IMG/VR virus record: IMGVR_UViG_3300033120_000574
Span: 32,001-96,000 of that record
Strand: one strand, 5' to 3'
Length of the DNA: 64,000 nt
Origin: a virus
Taxonomy: Duplodnaviria > Caudoviricetes
Every line of letters begins with the position of its first letter. Positions within the stretch are counted from its first letter, which is position 1. This document shows positions 26,983 to 36,494 of this stretch, in pieces. A program made the position numbers and the translations under genes. Below the pieces are notes generated by a model. That model was not told the origin of the DNA and did no database searches. It saw only the letters and a list, made by a program, of their open reading frames with translations.

Positions 26983-28811
26983 TTTTTATTGCCTTTACGT
27001 AACATGCTGTCAAGAATTGTTAAGGGTTCTTTAACCAAGTCATTCAAGTCGTTGATTACAACGTTCTTTGGATAGTAGTTGACTACGTCATCCGACTGAA
27101 TACCAAAAGCCACAACCTCAACGCCAACTTTTGTAGCAGAGGCTACAACGTCTCGCAAGTGCTGTTGGCAGTCTGCCAGGTTTCCATAACCAGGGTATGG
27201 CATACCGTCGTTGAATACGAACAATATCTTACGTTTCTCTTTACGTTGAAGAAGACGCTGAATGCCATGCTTCACAGATTCTGCGTCTAGAGTGTTTTCA
27301 CGAACGTTCCTAGAACAAGCTGCGAGATGCAGTGCCCCCTGTTCCCAAGGTTCATGGAAATCCCGATAGTAGTGAATCCACAAGTCAGACCAGCGAGAGT
27401 ATAGTTGCTGCTCTTGCTGAGATGGAGACTCCCTAGGTGACGTAGTGGAGTAGCCATACACTGCAAAGGGTATCTTGAGGGCCTGCAAGGCATCTCCAAC
27501 CACAATGGCACTCTTACCAGCAAGAGACAAGCGTCCGCCAGACATAGAGCCTGAGTGGTCGATAGCGAACATTACAGCAGTGTCCAACGTGGACTTATCC
27601 GTAAGTTGCTTGTAAACCCGATTATCAATCCCAAGTGCAGCTTTGTACAACTGCTTAGAGTTGATTTTACCTTCCTCTTTGCCACCTACCCAACGACGGC
27701 GTGATTGTGCACGCAAAGAGTTTACTAGCTTTGTCTTGATTACGGAAGTGAGGGTATTGGCCTCATCTCGGTTTTTCTGCAAAGCTTTGCCATCTTCTTG
27801 CAAAGAAGAACCCCTATTGACCTGCACAATGTCATTCTTAGTTGAATAAACAAGATATGGCTTTTGCCCTGCAATATTGTGAGAGTAGCCACTATTGCTT
27901 GTGTTCTTAGCGCCAGTTCCTCCACTATTTACAATGAGTTGAACTGCTGCTTGTTTGAGTCGGTCACCAAGTGACTTAGGAGAGTCTACTTCTTTCAAAG
28001 ACTCCGCTGAGTTTCCAGGCTTGCTGTCTTTGCCTTTACCCTGGCTTGGCTTGTTTGACTGCTTTCCAGACGCTTCCTGCTCTTCGTCAGATTCGTCACC
28101 ATCGCCATCCTCAGATTCCGAGTCGGATTCATCAGATTCGTTGCTCTCTCCATCATCCTGTTCAGACTCGTCTTCTGATTCGGAGTCTGGAATCAAGTGC
28201 TTCAGCATCTCAAACAGCTTGAGACCAACATCAATGGAGTCTGCAGTAGAGTCCATATCTTTGATGTCAGCAGCTAGGTACTGAATGCAGTCTTGTACTT
28301 GTTGTTTGATCTCTGGAGACTGCACTGCAAGAAACTCAGGCGAGTCATCGCCATAAGTAACATAGTCACCAAAAGCAGTAAGTGCTTGATGAAAAGGTGA
28401 AATGGTTTTCCAGTCCTTTGTCAAAGCACCAAGCAACCACTCACGAGCATAGCGAAGGTTTGATGGTGCACCTGGAAAGAAGTCACCAATGCGTTTTTCA
28501 ATACGCAGGTCTTCTATGGTGTTGACCGCGTCAAACTGATTCTTCGTAAGTTTGCGAGACTTACCTATGTTGAAATCTGTGAACAACACATGGGCTGTTT
28601 CGTGGTCAAGGAAACCTTGTGTTGCACAAAGCAAATCGTTTGGTGCGTCTGGAGGAAGAGTAGGCAAGTAAATGGTTTTGCCATCGGTCTTACATACTCC
28701 GTGCTTCCACACAACACGGATATTAAACTGCTGTGAAAGTAACCGTGCAGTACGTTCAATGGAACGTTCAGCCAAAGCTACCTGTCGTGTCTTTTGAATT
28801 GCAGTGCTCAT
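26979..28811 (-). CDS. CobT-like vWA domain protein with N-terminal HEXXH
   Basis: TDGKTIYLP, DHETAH, EDLRIE, acidic linker, MIDAS DHSGSM...T...NDG. Confidence 0.85.
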   Translation of the reverse strand: MSTAIQKTRQVALAERSIERTARLLSQQFNIRVVWKHGVCKTDGKTIYLPTLPPDAPNDLLCATQGFLDHETAHVLFTDFNIGKSRKLTKNQFDAVNTIEDLRIEKRIGDFFPGAPSNLRYAREWLLGALTKDWKTISPFHQALTAFGDYVTYGDDSPEFLAVQSPEIKQQVQDCIQYLAADIKDMDSTADSIDVGLKLFEMLKHLIPDSESEDESEQDDGESNESDESDSESEDGDGDESDEEQEASGKQSNKPSQGKGKDSKPGNSAESLKEVDSPKSLGDRLKQAAVQLIVNSGGTGAKNTSNSGYSHNIAGQKPYLVYSTKNDIVQVNRGSSLQEDGKALQKNRDEANTLTSVIKTKLVNSLRAQSRRRWVGGKEEGKINSKQLYKAALGIDNRVYKQLTDKSTLDTAVMFAIDHSGSMSGGRLSLAGKSAIVVGDALQALKIPFAVYGYSTTSPRESPSQQEQQLYSRWSDLWIHYYRDFHEPWEQGALHLAACSRNVRENTLDAESVKHGIQRLLQRKEKRKILFVFNDGMPYPGYGNLADCQQHLRDVVASATKVGVEVVAFGIQSDDVVNYYPKNVVINDLNDLVKEPLTILDSMLRKGNKK

Positions 28812-28823
28812 GATAACCTTGAT

Positions 28824-28937
28824 TTAAATACAACTTCGTAATACAAAAATCACAAGTATTGGAAGTACTAGGAAGAGTAGGATGGCAGGTATTGGATTCC
28901 AGGGACCACGACCATCATCGTTGTATACCTGCATCAT
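28824..28937 (-). CDS. Small single-pass membrane protein (37 aa)
   Basis: MMQVYNDDGRGPWNPIPAILLFLVLPILVIFVLRSCI; ATGA-coupled to the upstream gene. Confidence 0.55.
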   Translation of the reverse strand: MMQVYNDDGRGPWNPIPAILLFLVLPILVIFVLRSCI

Positions 28938-29299
28938 TGTTGTAGCTCAAATTGAAGTTGCTGCATGGGAGTAAGCACTCCACCAAGCAGTTTGTGTAGG
29001 ACGAGCATACCATGCTGGCTTAATTTAATTCGGTTTCCTCCGCTTTGAACATGGTGACTTGGAATAGAAGCACAATATCCATGAAACCACTTCAACTGCT
29101 TAGAAGAACCTAGCCAATGTGCTTGCACAGTTTTATTGTTTTGATAGAAAACAAGACGCAATAATACAGGTCCGCCACGGACTGCATCAGGCCAACGAAG
29201 TATCCAGTCTATGTAAGACTCACATGGATTATACTTTGTGCCTTTGCTGACCGTGGCGAACAGTAAATCAAACGCTGTCACCTTTTCGTGGTCAGCCAC
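28934..29299 (-). CDS. Hypothetical protein
   Basis: 121-aa ORF between the AAA and vWA genes. Confidence 0.55.
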   Translation of the reverse strand: MADHEKVTAFDLLFATVSKGTKYNPCESYIDWILRWPDAVRGGPVLLRLVFYQNNKTVQAHWLGSSKQLKWFHGYCASIPSHHVQSGGNRIKLSQHGMLVLHKLLGGVLTPMQQLQFELQQ

Positions 29300-30339
29300 T
29301 TCTTGTCATCCGTGTCTGGAAGTTTGAAATTGCGTTGAATCAAGCTTGCAATGCTGATTGCATCATTAGGTGGAAGCTTATCCAAGAAGCTGTGACGTGC
29401 AGCACGCATTGGATGAGGAAGACGAGTAATCTTCTCCAACCAGTTGATGCCATCACGAACAGTCAAAGGTACAGACATAGTTCCACCCTTGAACGCTTCA
29501 CGAACACTTTGCAGTGTACGGATAACACCAGGAATACAAGCCTTTGCGTGTGGCTCACGAAACATGGATTCCAACACCTTTGTCTCATTCTCCGCTGAAA
29601 TGTAGTCAACCTGGATTACAGTCTTCCAACGGTTCAAGAACGAGAAGTTCTGTACGTTCGTACCTGCAATGTACAGAGACGAATCATCTCCCATACCATT
29701 GGTATTTGCAGTACCCACAATCGCGTTCTGTGGGTGGAGTTCAATGATCTCGTTCGTCTCATGCATGAGAAACTTCAAGTCGCTTGAAACGGCACGCTGA
29801 AGGACGAATGCTGTCTCGGGTGGGCAAGCATCGATCTCATCAAACAACACGATGGTGCCTGGCTCAGTGAAAGCAATTGGAATGAGGCCGTAACGGAAAG
29901 TCATGTCACCGTTGGAGATCTTCCAGTCACCAATCAAGTCACCACGAGACAAGTGACCATCAAAGTTAATTTGAACCACGTTGTAGTTCAAGCGTGCAGC
30001 AACTTGATTGGCCAACTCACTCTTACCCGTGCCCGAATGTCCAACAAGGTAAGTGGTATCGCGTGCTTCCAAAGCTTTCAAGAACTCAATAAGCTCTGCC
30101 TTCTGGAAGATGAAGTGTGGGTTGATCTTTGGAGTAAGCACTCCAGGTTCTGCGAAACCGTTAATGAAGTGATCCTTGTACTTGATGTTACCCTTTTCAT
30201 CAACAACGTCGGATCCATCACTATTCTTTAGTGGTTGTGTCTCCACCTTGAACGTCTCAACAATAGAGAACTTCTTTGTATCGCGGTTAGGACGATGTGC
30301 GATTTGTTCGATTTTAGCAGCTTGCAACATGTTAGTCAT
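29278..30339 (-). CDS. MoxR/CobS-like AAA+ ATPase
   Basis: GHSGTGKS, DLIG, LFDEID, GTANT.G.GD, FLNRW. Confidence 0.9.
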   Translation of the reverse strand: MTNMLQAAKIEQIAHRPNRDTKKFSIVETFKVETQPLKNSDGSDVVDEKGNIKYKDHFINGFAEPGVLTPKINPHFIFQKAELIEFLKALEARDTTYLVGHSGTGKSELANQVAARLNYNVVQINFDGHLSRGDLIGDWKISNGDMTFRYGLIPIAFTEPGTIVLFDEIDACPPETAFVLQRAVSSDLKFLMHETNEIIELHPQNAIVGTANTNGMGDDSSLYIAGTNVQNFSFLNRWKTVIQVDYISAENETKVLESMFREPHAKACIPGVIRTLQSVREAFKGGTMSVPLTVRDGINWLEKITRLPHPMRAARHSFLDKLPPNDAISIASLIQRNFKLPDTDDKKWLTTKR

Positions 30340-30773
30340 AGATCCCAGTCAGTTTTCAGTTGTATTGTTTGTTTAGTTTCGTTTGTTTTGACGTGCTTAA
30401 AATAGTCAGCTGTGCTGTTTAAGCACACTAACGTGGTGTCAGTGTTCATGTGAATCAACGCGCCACTTAATGGAATAGGTAAAGCTTCTAATCCTAAGTG
30501 TCTAGATTCAAACTTCACACCAACACTCTGCAGTAAATCCCTCAGTCGTATTACTGTAGCTTGTATGCTTGCATTGTCAAGACTGTATGCGATCAGCTTC
30601 ACGTTTGAAGGAAAAATCCAATTATCAGGCAAGTCATAGTCATCTCCATGGGAGAACAAGATTACTAACTTGTAATCCCTGGATAGTGCCTCTATTGCGT
30701 CTTCATGCGGAACATCTACTGGTAGCGCGGACGGGTCTTTAACGAAGATCAGTCGGTCCAAGATATTTGCCAT
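30336..30773 (-). CDS. Hypothetical protein
   Basis: 145-aa ORF. Confidence 0.55.
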   Translation of the reverse strand: MANILDRLIFVKDPSALPVDVPHEDAIEALSRDYKLVILFSHGDDYDLPDNWIFPSNVKLIAYSLDNASIQATVIRLRDLLQSVGVKFESRHLGLEALPIPLSGALIHMNTDTTLVCLNSTADYFKHVKTNETKQTIQLKTDWDL

Positions 30774-31825
30774 TTTGCATACTCCAAAGAGTTGGTGACA
30801 TCTAAACAGTCAAGTAAAGCACTCTTTAGAATATCAGAACCCTCTGGAACAGCAAGCATGTTACCTGGATCTTTATTTTTAGGCCAGTTTTTCATCCAGC
30901 ACACGAAGACTTGGTCAAAGTGCATAAGAAGTTCTTTTGCTGCTTTGATTATTTCCTTCTTAGCATCCTTGCGATCCCAAAACACTGTGACCGTCTTCAC
31001 ACCCCATTCTTTAAGTTTGAATATCTGATCAATCGATATCTTCTTGGAGAATGTAGCGTATGCGTTCATTCCCTGGACACGACGAACTGCAAGAGTGTCA
31101 AGAATGCCTTCAGTTAGAACAGCATGTGTTCCAGTGGGAGGAACGTAAGGCCACAGCGTGCGTACAATCTCAGACTCAGGGCAGACTAGGTACTTGTCAT
31201 GTCTAGGGTATTCAGGGTCAATTACACGTGCTTGCCAACTAACCAAGTCGTTGTTTCCTCCATACACAGGAAAGATCAAACGTCTACCAACGTCGCCACG
31301 CATGTTTCCTTTGGCATCAAATACACGGCACACTTTCTCAGGTACAAAGTGAACACGAATAGCTTTGATTTCTTGTGGAGTCATACCACGGTCGATCAAG
31401 TACTCATACCCAGCAGCGTGTGCAACAGGATCTAGTAGCTTTGCTTCCTCTGGCATCTTGGCCAACTTAATAGGTGTCAAGGAAACTGTAGGCAGTATTT
31501 CCTCTTTAGCCTTACTTAAGAGGTCAAACATAGGGTCGTTTGGTGTCGTGCGCTTGTATTCCTGCAAGAGACGAGCAATCACACGATGGCGTGGAATGTT
31601 CTCCTGTTTGGCTACAAAGTCAAATACATCGAACTTTCCAGACTTGAAACCACACTTAAAGCAGTTCCATTTCCCTTTCTCAGGGTTAATATACAATCTG
31701 TGTTTTGTGTCATCACATACGAAACAACACGCTCGGATTTCTTCGCCAGAAGTGCGCTTCACATCCAAGTGTGTCGTTACATAGTCTTCCCATTCAAACG
31801 CTTCCTGTATGTTTGGAAACAGCAT
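30749..31825 (-). CDS. DNA primase (zinc finger plus TOPRIM)
   Basis: CFVC..HRLYIN..WNCFKCG, YLIDRG, RLIFP, EGILD, WDRKD. Confidence 0.88.
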   Translation of the reverse strand: MLFPNIQEAFEWEDYVTTHLDVKRTSGEEIRACCFVCDDTKHRLYINPEKGKWNCFKCGFKSGKFDVFDFVAKQENIPRHRVIARLLQEYKRTTPNDPMFDLLSKAKEEILPTVSLTPIKLAKMPEEAKLLDPVAHAAGYEYLIDRGMTPQEIKAIRVHFVPEKVCRVFDAKGNMRGDVGRRLIFPVYGGNNDLVSWQARVIDPEYPRHDKYLVCPESEIVRTLWPYVPPTGTHAVLTEGILDTLAVRRVQGMNAYATFSKKISIDQIFKLKEWGVKTVTVFWDRKDAKKEIIKAAKELLMHFDQVFVCWMKNWPKNKDPGNMLAVPEGSDILKSALLDCLDVTNSLEYAKWQISWTD

Positions 31826-31826
31826 A

Positions 31827-33215
31827 TCAATCCAATATCAAGTCTCCAACTTGGTCTAGAGACAGTTCGGGTTCATTGTCAGTCGCGTAGTCAGTGTTAC
31901 TAGCACTGCCTGCTTTGTCTTGCAACGAAGAAGATTCGACTGTGCCCTTGTAGAAGGTCATGTGTTCAAAGTCTGTCGTCAACTTGATAGTACGCATGGA
32001 CCTACCATTACGATTCTTGTTGATGAAGATACGCATGATGTTCAACTCTTTCTCTTCCTTCGTTTGTGCAAGGATTAGAGCAGCATCAGCAGTGAACAAG
32101 CGGCTAATACTTCCAGAAAGTCCAGTTTCGTCTGCAGTTTCCATAGCCATACCAGAACGATTAAGCTGAAGCGCTGACCATATACGAATGTCAAACTCTT
32201 TGGACATACCACGAACAGCTTTAACAACTGCCGCTTGTTCTTGGTTAACATCATGGTAATTGCGATGTGGCTTCATCAAATCCAAGTAGTCAATGATAAC
32301 TAGCTTTGGTGTAACACCAATGGAAGACAGCTGTTTGTAGTGTGACTTGATTGTATAGATCGTTGCTTCGTCTTCTGGGTATTCCTTAATGATTAGGTTG
32401 TTTCCAAACTTAGCGTGCAAGTCATGCAATGACTTGTAAGCTTGGTTATTTAAGCTTTTGAGTTCATTGTGTTTGATATAGCAGAATAGTGAGTCGAACC
32501 TGTCTGCGATGTCTTCAGCACTCATCTCAAGTGTGTAGTAACACACCTGTTGACCTAGTAAGATACCAACACGAGATAGCCATTCCAAGAAGATGGACTT
32601 ACCTCTACCGGAACCACCCACAACCAAACCAAGTTGCTTGGTCTTTAAACCACCATTCATCATCTCGTCCAACTCGGGAATGCCTGTGCTCAGCTTACGT
32701 TCTTCTTCCTTTGCTGCTCGGTGTTCTAATCGATCTTGAAATTCTTGAAAGTAGTTTGTGCCTACAGTAAGGATATCCATGCCAGTGTTGGACGCCTTTT
32801 GAACAATGTCAACAACTTCATCCCATCGCTCTTCCTTCACCAGATCAAAGGAATCTAGGATCGCTTGCTTCATACTTTGTGTACGTATGAACTTCAAGAA
32901 AGTTGCTTGAATGTGTTCAACCTCTGTTGGCAGCGGAGGTTTTGCTACAAAGTTGTAGTAAGAGGCTACCTTATCAACGTCTGATTCTCGAATCGTCTTT
33001 GTCTTTGCAGCTTTTATTAACTCTTCACGCAGAGTTACAGCTGAGAGACTGGTTGCGGCATTCTTGATTATAGAGAAATACCACTGCAATGCACGGTTTG
33101 CGAAGTGAGTATCGTCAATAGCGTTGGAAGCAATATCCTTAAACGAAGGATTATGCAACATATATGCGAGTACTTTAACTTGGTACTCTTCTGTATAGAG
33201 AACTGTCTCGGTCAT
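31827..33215 (-). CDS. Replicative helicase (DnaB/gp41-like SF4)
   Basis: GGSGRGKS, YTLEM, IIDYLDLM, ALQLNR, KNRNG. Confidence 0.92.
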   Translation of the reverse strand: MTETVLYTEEYQVKVLAYMLHNPSFKDIASNAIDDTHFANRALQWYFSIIKNAATSLSAVTLREELIKAAKTKTIRESDVDKVASYYNFVAKPPLPTEVEHIQATFLKFIRTQSMKQAILDSFDLVKEERWDEVVDIVQKASNTGMDILTVGTNYFQEFQDRLEHRAAKEEERKLSTGIPELDEMMNGGLKTKQLGLVVGGSGRGKSIFLEWLSRVGILLGQQVCYYTLEMSAEDIADRFDSLFCYIKHNELKSLNNQAYKSLHDLHAKFGNNLIIKEYPEDEATIYTIKSHYKQLSSIGVTPKLVIIDYLDLMKPHRNYHDVNQEQAAVVKAVRGMSKEFDIRIWSALQLNRSGMAMETADETGLSGSISRLFTADAALILAQTKEEKELNIMRIFINKNRNGRSMRTIKLTTDFEHMTFYKGTVESSSLQDKAGSASNTDYATDNEPELSLDQVGDLILD

Positions 33216-33841
33216 TTAATAGCTTTCCACACAGGGTCGACGTCTAAGAAGGATTGAGGAAACATGGCTAGGTGGTTCTTAACCAACTTGGTGTATACCT
33301 CTTCTCTGGACATAGACTGTGCACGCATAAGGTCTGCCATGTGTTTTTCACAACGGCGAAACAAATCTCCCATAGGTACGTTGGCAGGAATGTTATCTGT
33401 TGTGACTCGCTTTGGTGCAGTTGCAGCTGCCCTACAAACAGCGGCGTCAGTGGTAAGTTGAACCACTTCTGGTGGCTTCTTAAATGCTTGGTGAAACCAA
33501 GCAAACTGACTGCGCACAAAAGACTCAGCATCAGTATTGGCTGTGTTGATGGCAGCCGCTACACGCTTCCACAAAGCTAAGCCTTTTGGTGTAAAGTCCG
33601 TCTGGTGAGCTTGCGCATTAAACGTGCCAGTGTACTCACTAAGTATATGATAGTACGTAGACCTTGCGACAAATGCCTCTAGGTGATCTAGAGGCACGTT
33701 TTGATTTTCCTTGTTCAATAGCTGCTTAACCTGTGCAGCTATGTTCGATACTTTCTTCTCATGTCTGTCAGTAGCAGCCATGCTTTTAATTAGAGTTGCA
33801 CAACGCTTTTCTTGAACCAGGCGAAGAATATCTATAGTCAT
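33212..33841 (-). CDS. Hypothetical protein (helicase-associated by position)
   Basis: 209-aa ORF ATGA-coupled to the helicase gene. Confidence 0.55.
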   Translation of the reverse strand: MTIDILRLVQEKRCATLIKSMAATDRHEKKVSNIAAQVKQLLNKENQNVPLDHLEAFVARSTYYHILSEYTGTFNAQAHQTDFTPKGLALWKRVAAAINTANTDAESFVRSQFAWFHQAFKKPPEVVQLTTDAAVCRAAATAPKRVTTDNIPANVPMGDLFRRCEKHMADLMRAQSMSREEVYTKLVKNHLAMFPQSFLDVDPVWKAIK

Positions 33842-34191
33842 TGTTTACTCATGATCTTTTCGTAAGCTGTTTTTGCCTGTAAAAACAATGCATTATCCCC
33901 ACCTTGATCTGGATGCAAGGTCTTTACAAGTTCTCGCCAAACAGCCTTCACTATAGCGTCTGGGGCGCTAGGGAGCAAGTGAAGGATCGCGTATGGGTTG
34001 GTGTTATTTTCACCAGGCGCCAAAAAGGTACGCAACTCTGGCTCATACCGCAAAAGTACATACCAAGAGTTCCCAACGAACTGTCTATGGTGTGACTTCA
34101 ATGCACGGATCCAGCTAACAGCTAATGGTGGCGGACTCTTTACTTCAATCCAACCAGACCAATATCCTGAGTCGTGTACGATAAGTTGCAT
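33838..34191 (-). CDS. J-domain (DnaJ-like) protein
   Basis: NPYAILHL...VKAVWRELVKTLHPDQGGD...AYEKI. Confidence 0.85.
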   Translation of the reverse strand: MQLIVHDSGYWSGWIEVKSPPPLAVSWIRALKSHHRQFVGNSWYVLLRYEPELRTFLAPGENNTNPYAILHLLPSAPDAIVKAVWRELVKTLHPDQGGDNALFLQAKTAYEKIMSKQ

Positions 34192-34212
34192 CGTACATAA
34201 CTTGTCACAGGT

Positions 34213-34620
34213 TCAGTACAATTCAACTTCAATTAGAGTTCTATACGGATAAAACTCTGTGTTGGATGCAACAGCTGTTGGACGTAGTGGATTTTGTGGT
34301 CTACCTAGAGTAGCTTCTTTAGACAAGAAACGTAATCTGGTTAGGCTAAAGTATGGGATGTCTGCCTGTATCGATTGTGATACCGCAGTGCCAAGACGGT
34401 TCATTTCCTGAAACTCCAAAGAAAGTACCTTGTTCACTGTGTCATTTCGTACAACTAACCCAGTAAAACGCTGGATGTCATCCTTGGCAAAACGCGTAGG
34501 CTTGTTTGGTACATAGCGGTACATCTGTTTTGTAGCACCTATGTATGCCTTACGTAAGGCATACCCTAGACGCATCCAGCCCATAACATTGTCACCAGGC
34601 TTTAGTTCAACGACTTTCAT
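34213..34620 (-). CDS. Hypothetical protein
   Basis: 135-aa ORF. Confidence 0.55.
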   Translation of the reverse strand: MKVVELKPGDNVMGWMRLGYALRKAYIGATKQMYRYVPNKPTRFAKDDIQRFTGLVVRNDTVNKVLSLEFQEMNRLGTAVSQSIQADIPYFSLTRLRFLSKEATLGRPQNPLRPTAVASNTEFYPYRTLIEVELY

Positions 34621-36058
34621 TCCAAAGCTTCCTAACTAGTTCTATGTCTGGAGGACTTTGGTAAAGTGGGAAACACTCTTCCTTCTTGTAATCTTCATAC
34701 CTGACTAGCGAATGGCGTAGCAAGTGGTCATGGCAGTAGTTAGCAAACTCAACTGCGATTAGCTTGTTTCCCCGAAGACCACGTCCAAGACGTTGCATGG
34801 TCTTGATCTTGCTCTTACGTGAACCTGCCAGAATCAAAGCATCAATCGTAGGAACGTCAACACCTTCATCTAATATCGATGAGCTAACCAAAACTGGAAG
34901 TCTTCCCTCTGCGAAATCCTTCAAGGTGTTCTTACGTGTCTCCGAATCCTCGGAACCATGAATAAACTGGTGAGGAATGAACTGTCCATCTGTTGCAGTC
35001 CATAGCGCCTCATCAATCGCTTTGCCATGTGCGATCTCTTCACAGAGAATCAGCGTTCCCATCTTTAGTTCGGAGAATATCTTAGCCCAAGCAACTACGG
35101 ATGCCAAAGCTACTGGATTGTCCACGATTCCTTGCTTGTATGCAGTCGGATAAGTCAACTTCTTTGGCAAGACTGGAGAAGTGATCTTAGTCCAAATAAT
35201 GGATGTCTTTGCGCTTATTCCACGCTCCATAAGGAACTTGTTTGGAATGTCTACAATAACATCTCCAATGGCTGCAATGAGTCGCAAGTTAGCACCATCA
35301 GTGCGATCCATGGGTGTGCCGGACAAACCAAATCGGTACGCAGCAGGGCACAGCATACAAATCTCATACCATGTTTCAGACCCCATGTGATGCGCTTCGT
35401 CTGCGAACAACACTTGGATTCCTTGTAAGAATGCTTGACATTCCGGAGTCTCCACACGAGATTCCAATGTACCAATCGTAGCAATAGTTACAAAGCTGCC
35501 AGGTTCCCAATGACCATCACCAATCAAACCAATCTCTTTGTCACCAAGTCCTAGACGCTTCCTAAAGCGTTCACGTGCTTGGTAAAGTAGCTCTTTGGTT
35601 GTGACTGCGAATAGAGTTTGCAGTCCGAGGTGTTTAGTGATTGCACAAGCAATCTCGCTCTTGCCCCCGCCAGTAGCAACACGAATGATACCTTGCTTCT
35701 CTTTCACTGCTGTCTGTGCAGTGGTGAGTTGGTAATCGTACTTGCCCGTCATAGACACGCCTACAAGGTCGTAGGAGGTGCCCAAGCGAGTAGGGGTTAC
35801 TCGGTGGTCTACTTTCGTGTAGACAGTCTCTGTAGTTGCCAAAACCTCTTCAACGATACGTAGCAACCCAGTTGGAAAGCTGTTGGATGTGGCCTTGAAC
35901 AAATGCTTCCGTCCATCCCACACCTTAGACTTAAACGCCTTAGAGAACTTGGCACCCTCTACAGGGTAGGAGGTCGCTAAGCGAATAGCAGCTTTTGGAA
36001 ACGGTCCGGAGATCTTAGACACAGGTCCGTAGATGTCAATCTGTACTTGTTCGTCCAT
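34607..36058 (-). CDS. UvsW-like superfamily 2 helicase
   Basis: WDGRKHLF..FPTGLL, ATGGGKS, DEAHH, GLSGT, EGVDVP, QRLGRGLR. Confidence 0.9.
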   Translation of the reverse strand: MDEQVQIDIYGPVSKISGPFPKAAIRLATSYPVEGAKFSKAFKSKVWDGRKHLFKATSNSFPTGLLRIVEEVLATTETVYTKVDHRVTPTRLGTSYDLVGVSMTGKYDYQLTTAQTAVKEKQGIIRVATGGGKSEIACAITKHLGLQTLFAVTTKELLYQARERFRKRLGLGDKEIGLIGDGHWEPGSFVTIATIGTLESRVETPECQAFLQGIQVLFADEAHHMGSETWYEICMLCPAAYRFGLSGTPMDRTDGANLRLIAAIGDVIVDIPNKFLMERGISAKTSIIWTKITSPVLPKKLTYPTAYKQGIVDNPVALASVVAWAKIFSELKMGTLILCEEIAHGKAIDEALWTATDGQFIPHQFIHGSEDSETRKNTLKDFAEGRLPVLVSSSILDEGVDVPTIDALILAGSRKSKIKTMQRLGRGLRGNKLIAVEFANYCHDHLLRHSLVRYEDYKKEECFPLYQSPPDIELVRKLWNESR

Positions 36059-36494
36059 TGGCTTTTACTAGCAGACTGCTCGCAGGAAGCAACGTAGAGG
36101 ATGGAAGTATGTCCAAATAGCTGGAAGAAGGAGTCCAAGAGTAAACAGTACTTTGACCTTGTAACTTCTTGAAAGCGGAGACGTTTAAGGTCTTAACACT
36201 AGGAGTGTCTAGTTCTTTCGTAAAAATGCCAGCACGTATGGAGTTGGGTTTATCGTGCCATTTGAAGTAAGCAATCAATAGTTTGCCCTCAGGCACTACT
36301 TCGTTGAATATGAAGTTCACACGTTTCACCAAAATATCCATGCATCCAATGTTTGCAGGACAATGGTCATTCTTGAAACAATGTAATGGATGGTAGTTTG
36401 GGTAGTGATCCAAGAGGGATGAGCACTCTGGATACAAGAATTTAAGTGGTATGAAAACTGTGTGTTTTTGGAAGACAAAGTAATTGTAGGTCAT
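36036..36494 (-). CDS. Hypothetical protein
   Basis: Likely start MTYNYF (36494, ATGA overlap). Confidence 0.55.
   Translation of the reverse strand: MTYNYFVFQKHTVFIPLKFLYPECSSLLDHYPNYHPLHCFKNDHCPANIGCMDILVKRVNFIFNEVVPEGKLLIAYFKWHDKPNSIRAGIFTKELDTPSVKTLNVSAFKKLQGQSTVYSWTPSSSYLDILPSSTLLPASSLLVKANGRTSTD

Noticed and set aside
28060-28190. Imperfect GATTC/TCAGA repeats
   Set aside because: Low-complexity Asp/Glu/Ser linker codons of the vWA protein, not a separate repeat element
26979-30339. Cobalamin biosynthesis (cobS/cobT) as auxiliary metabolism
   Set aside because: No cobN or other pathway genes are present; a generic MoxR-vWA pair is the safer call
7966-30347. Two unrelated proteins both ending in WDL with identical TGGGATCTATGA
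   Set aside because: Explained by an SD-like GGGA plus ATGA coupling to the next gene (similar GAGGATCTATG at about 5700) rather than a shared protein tag
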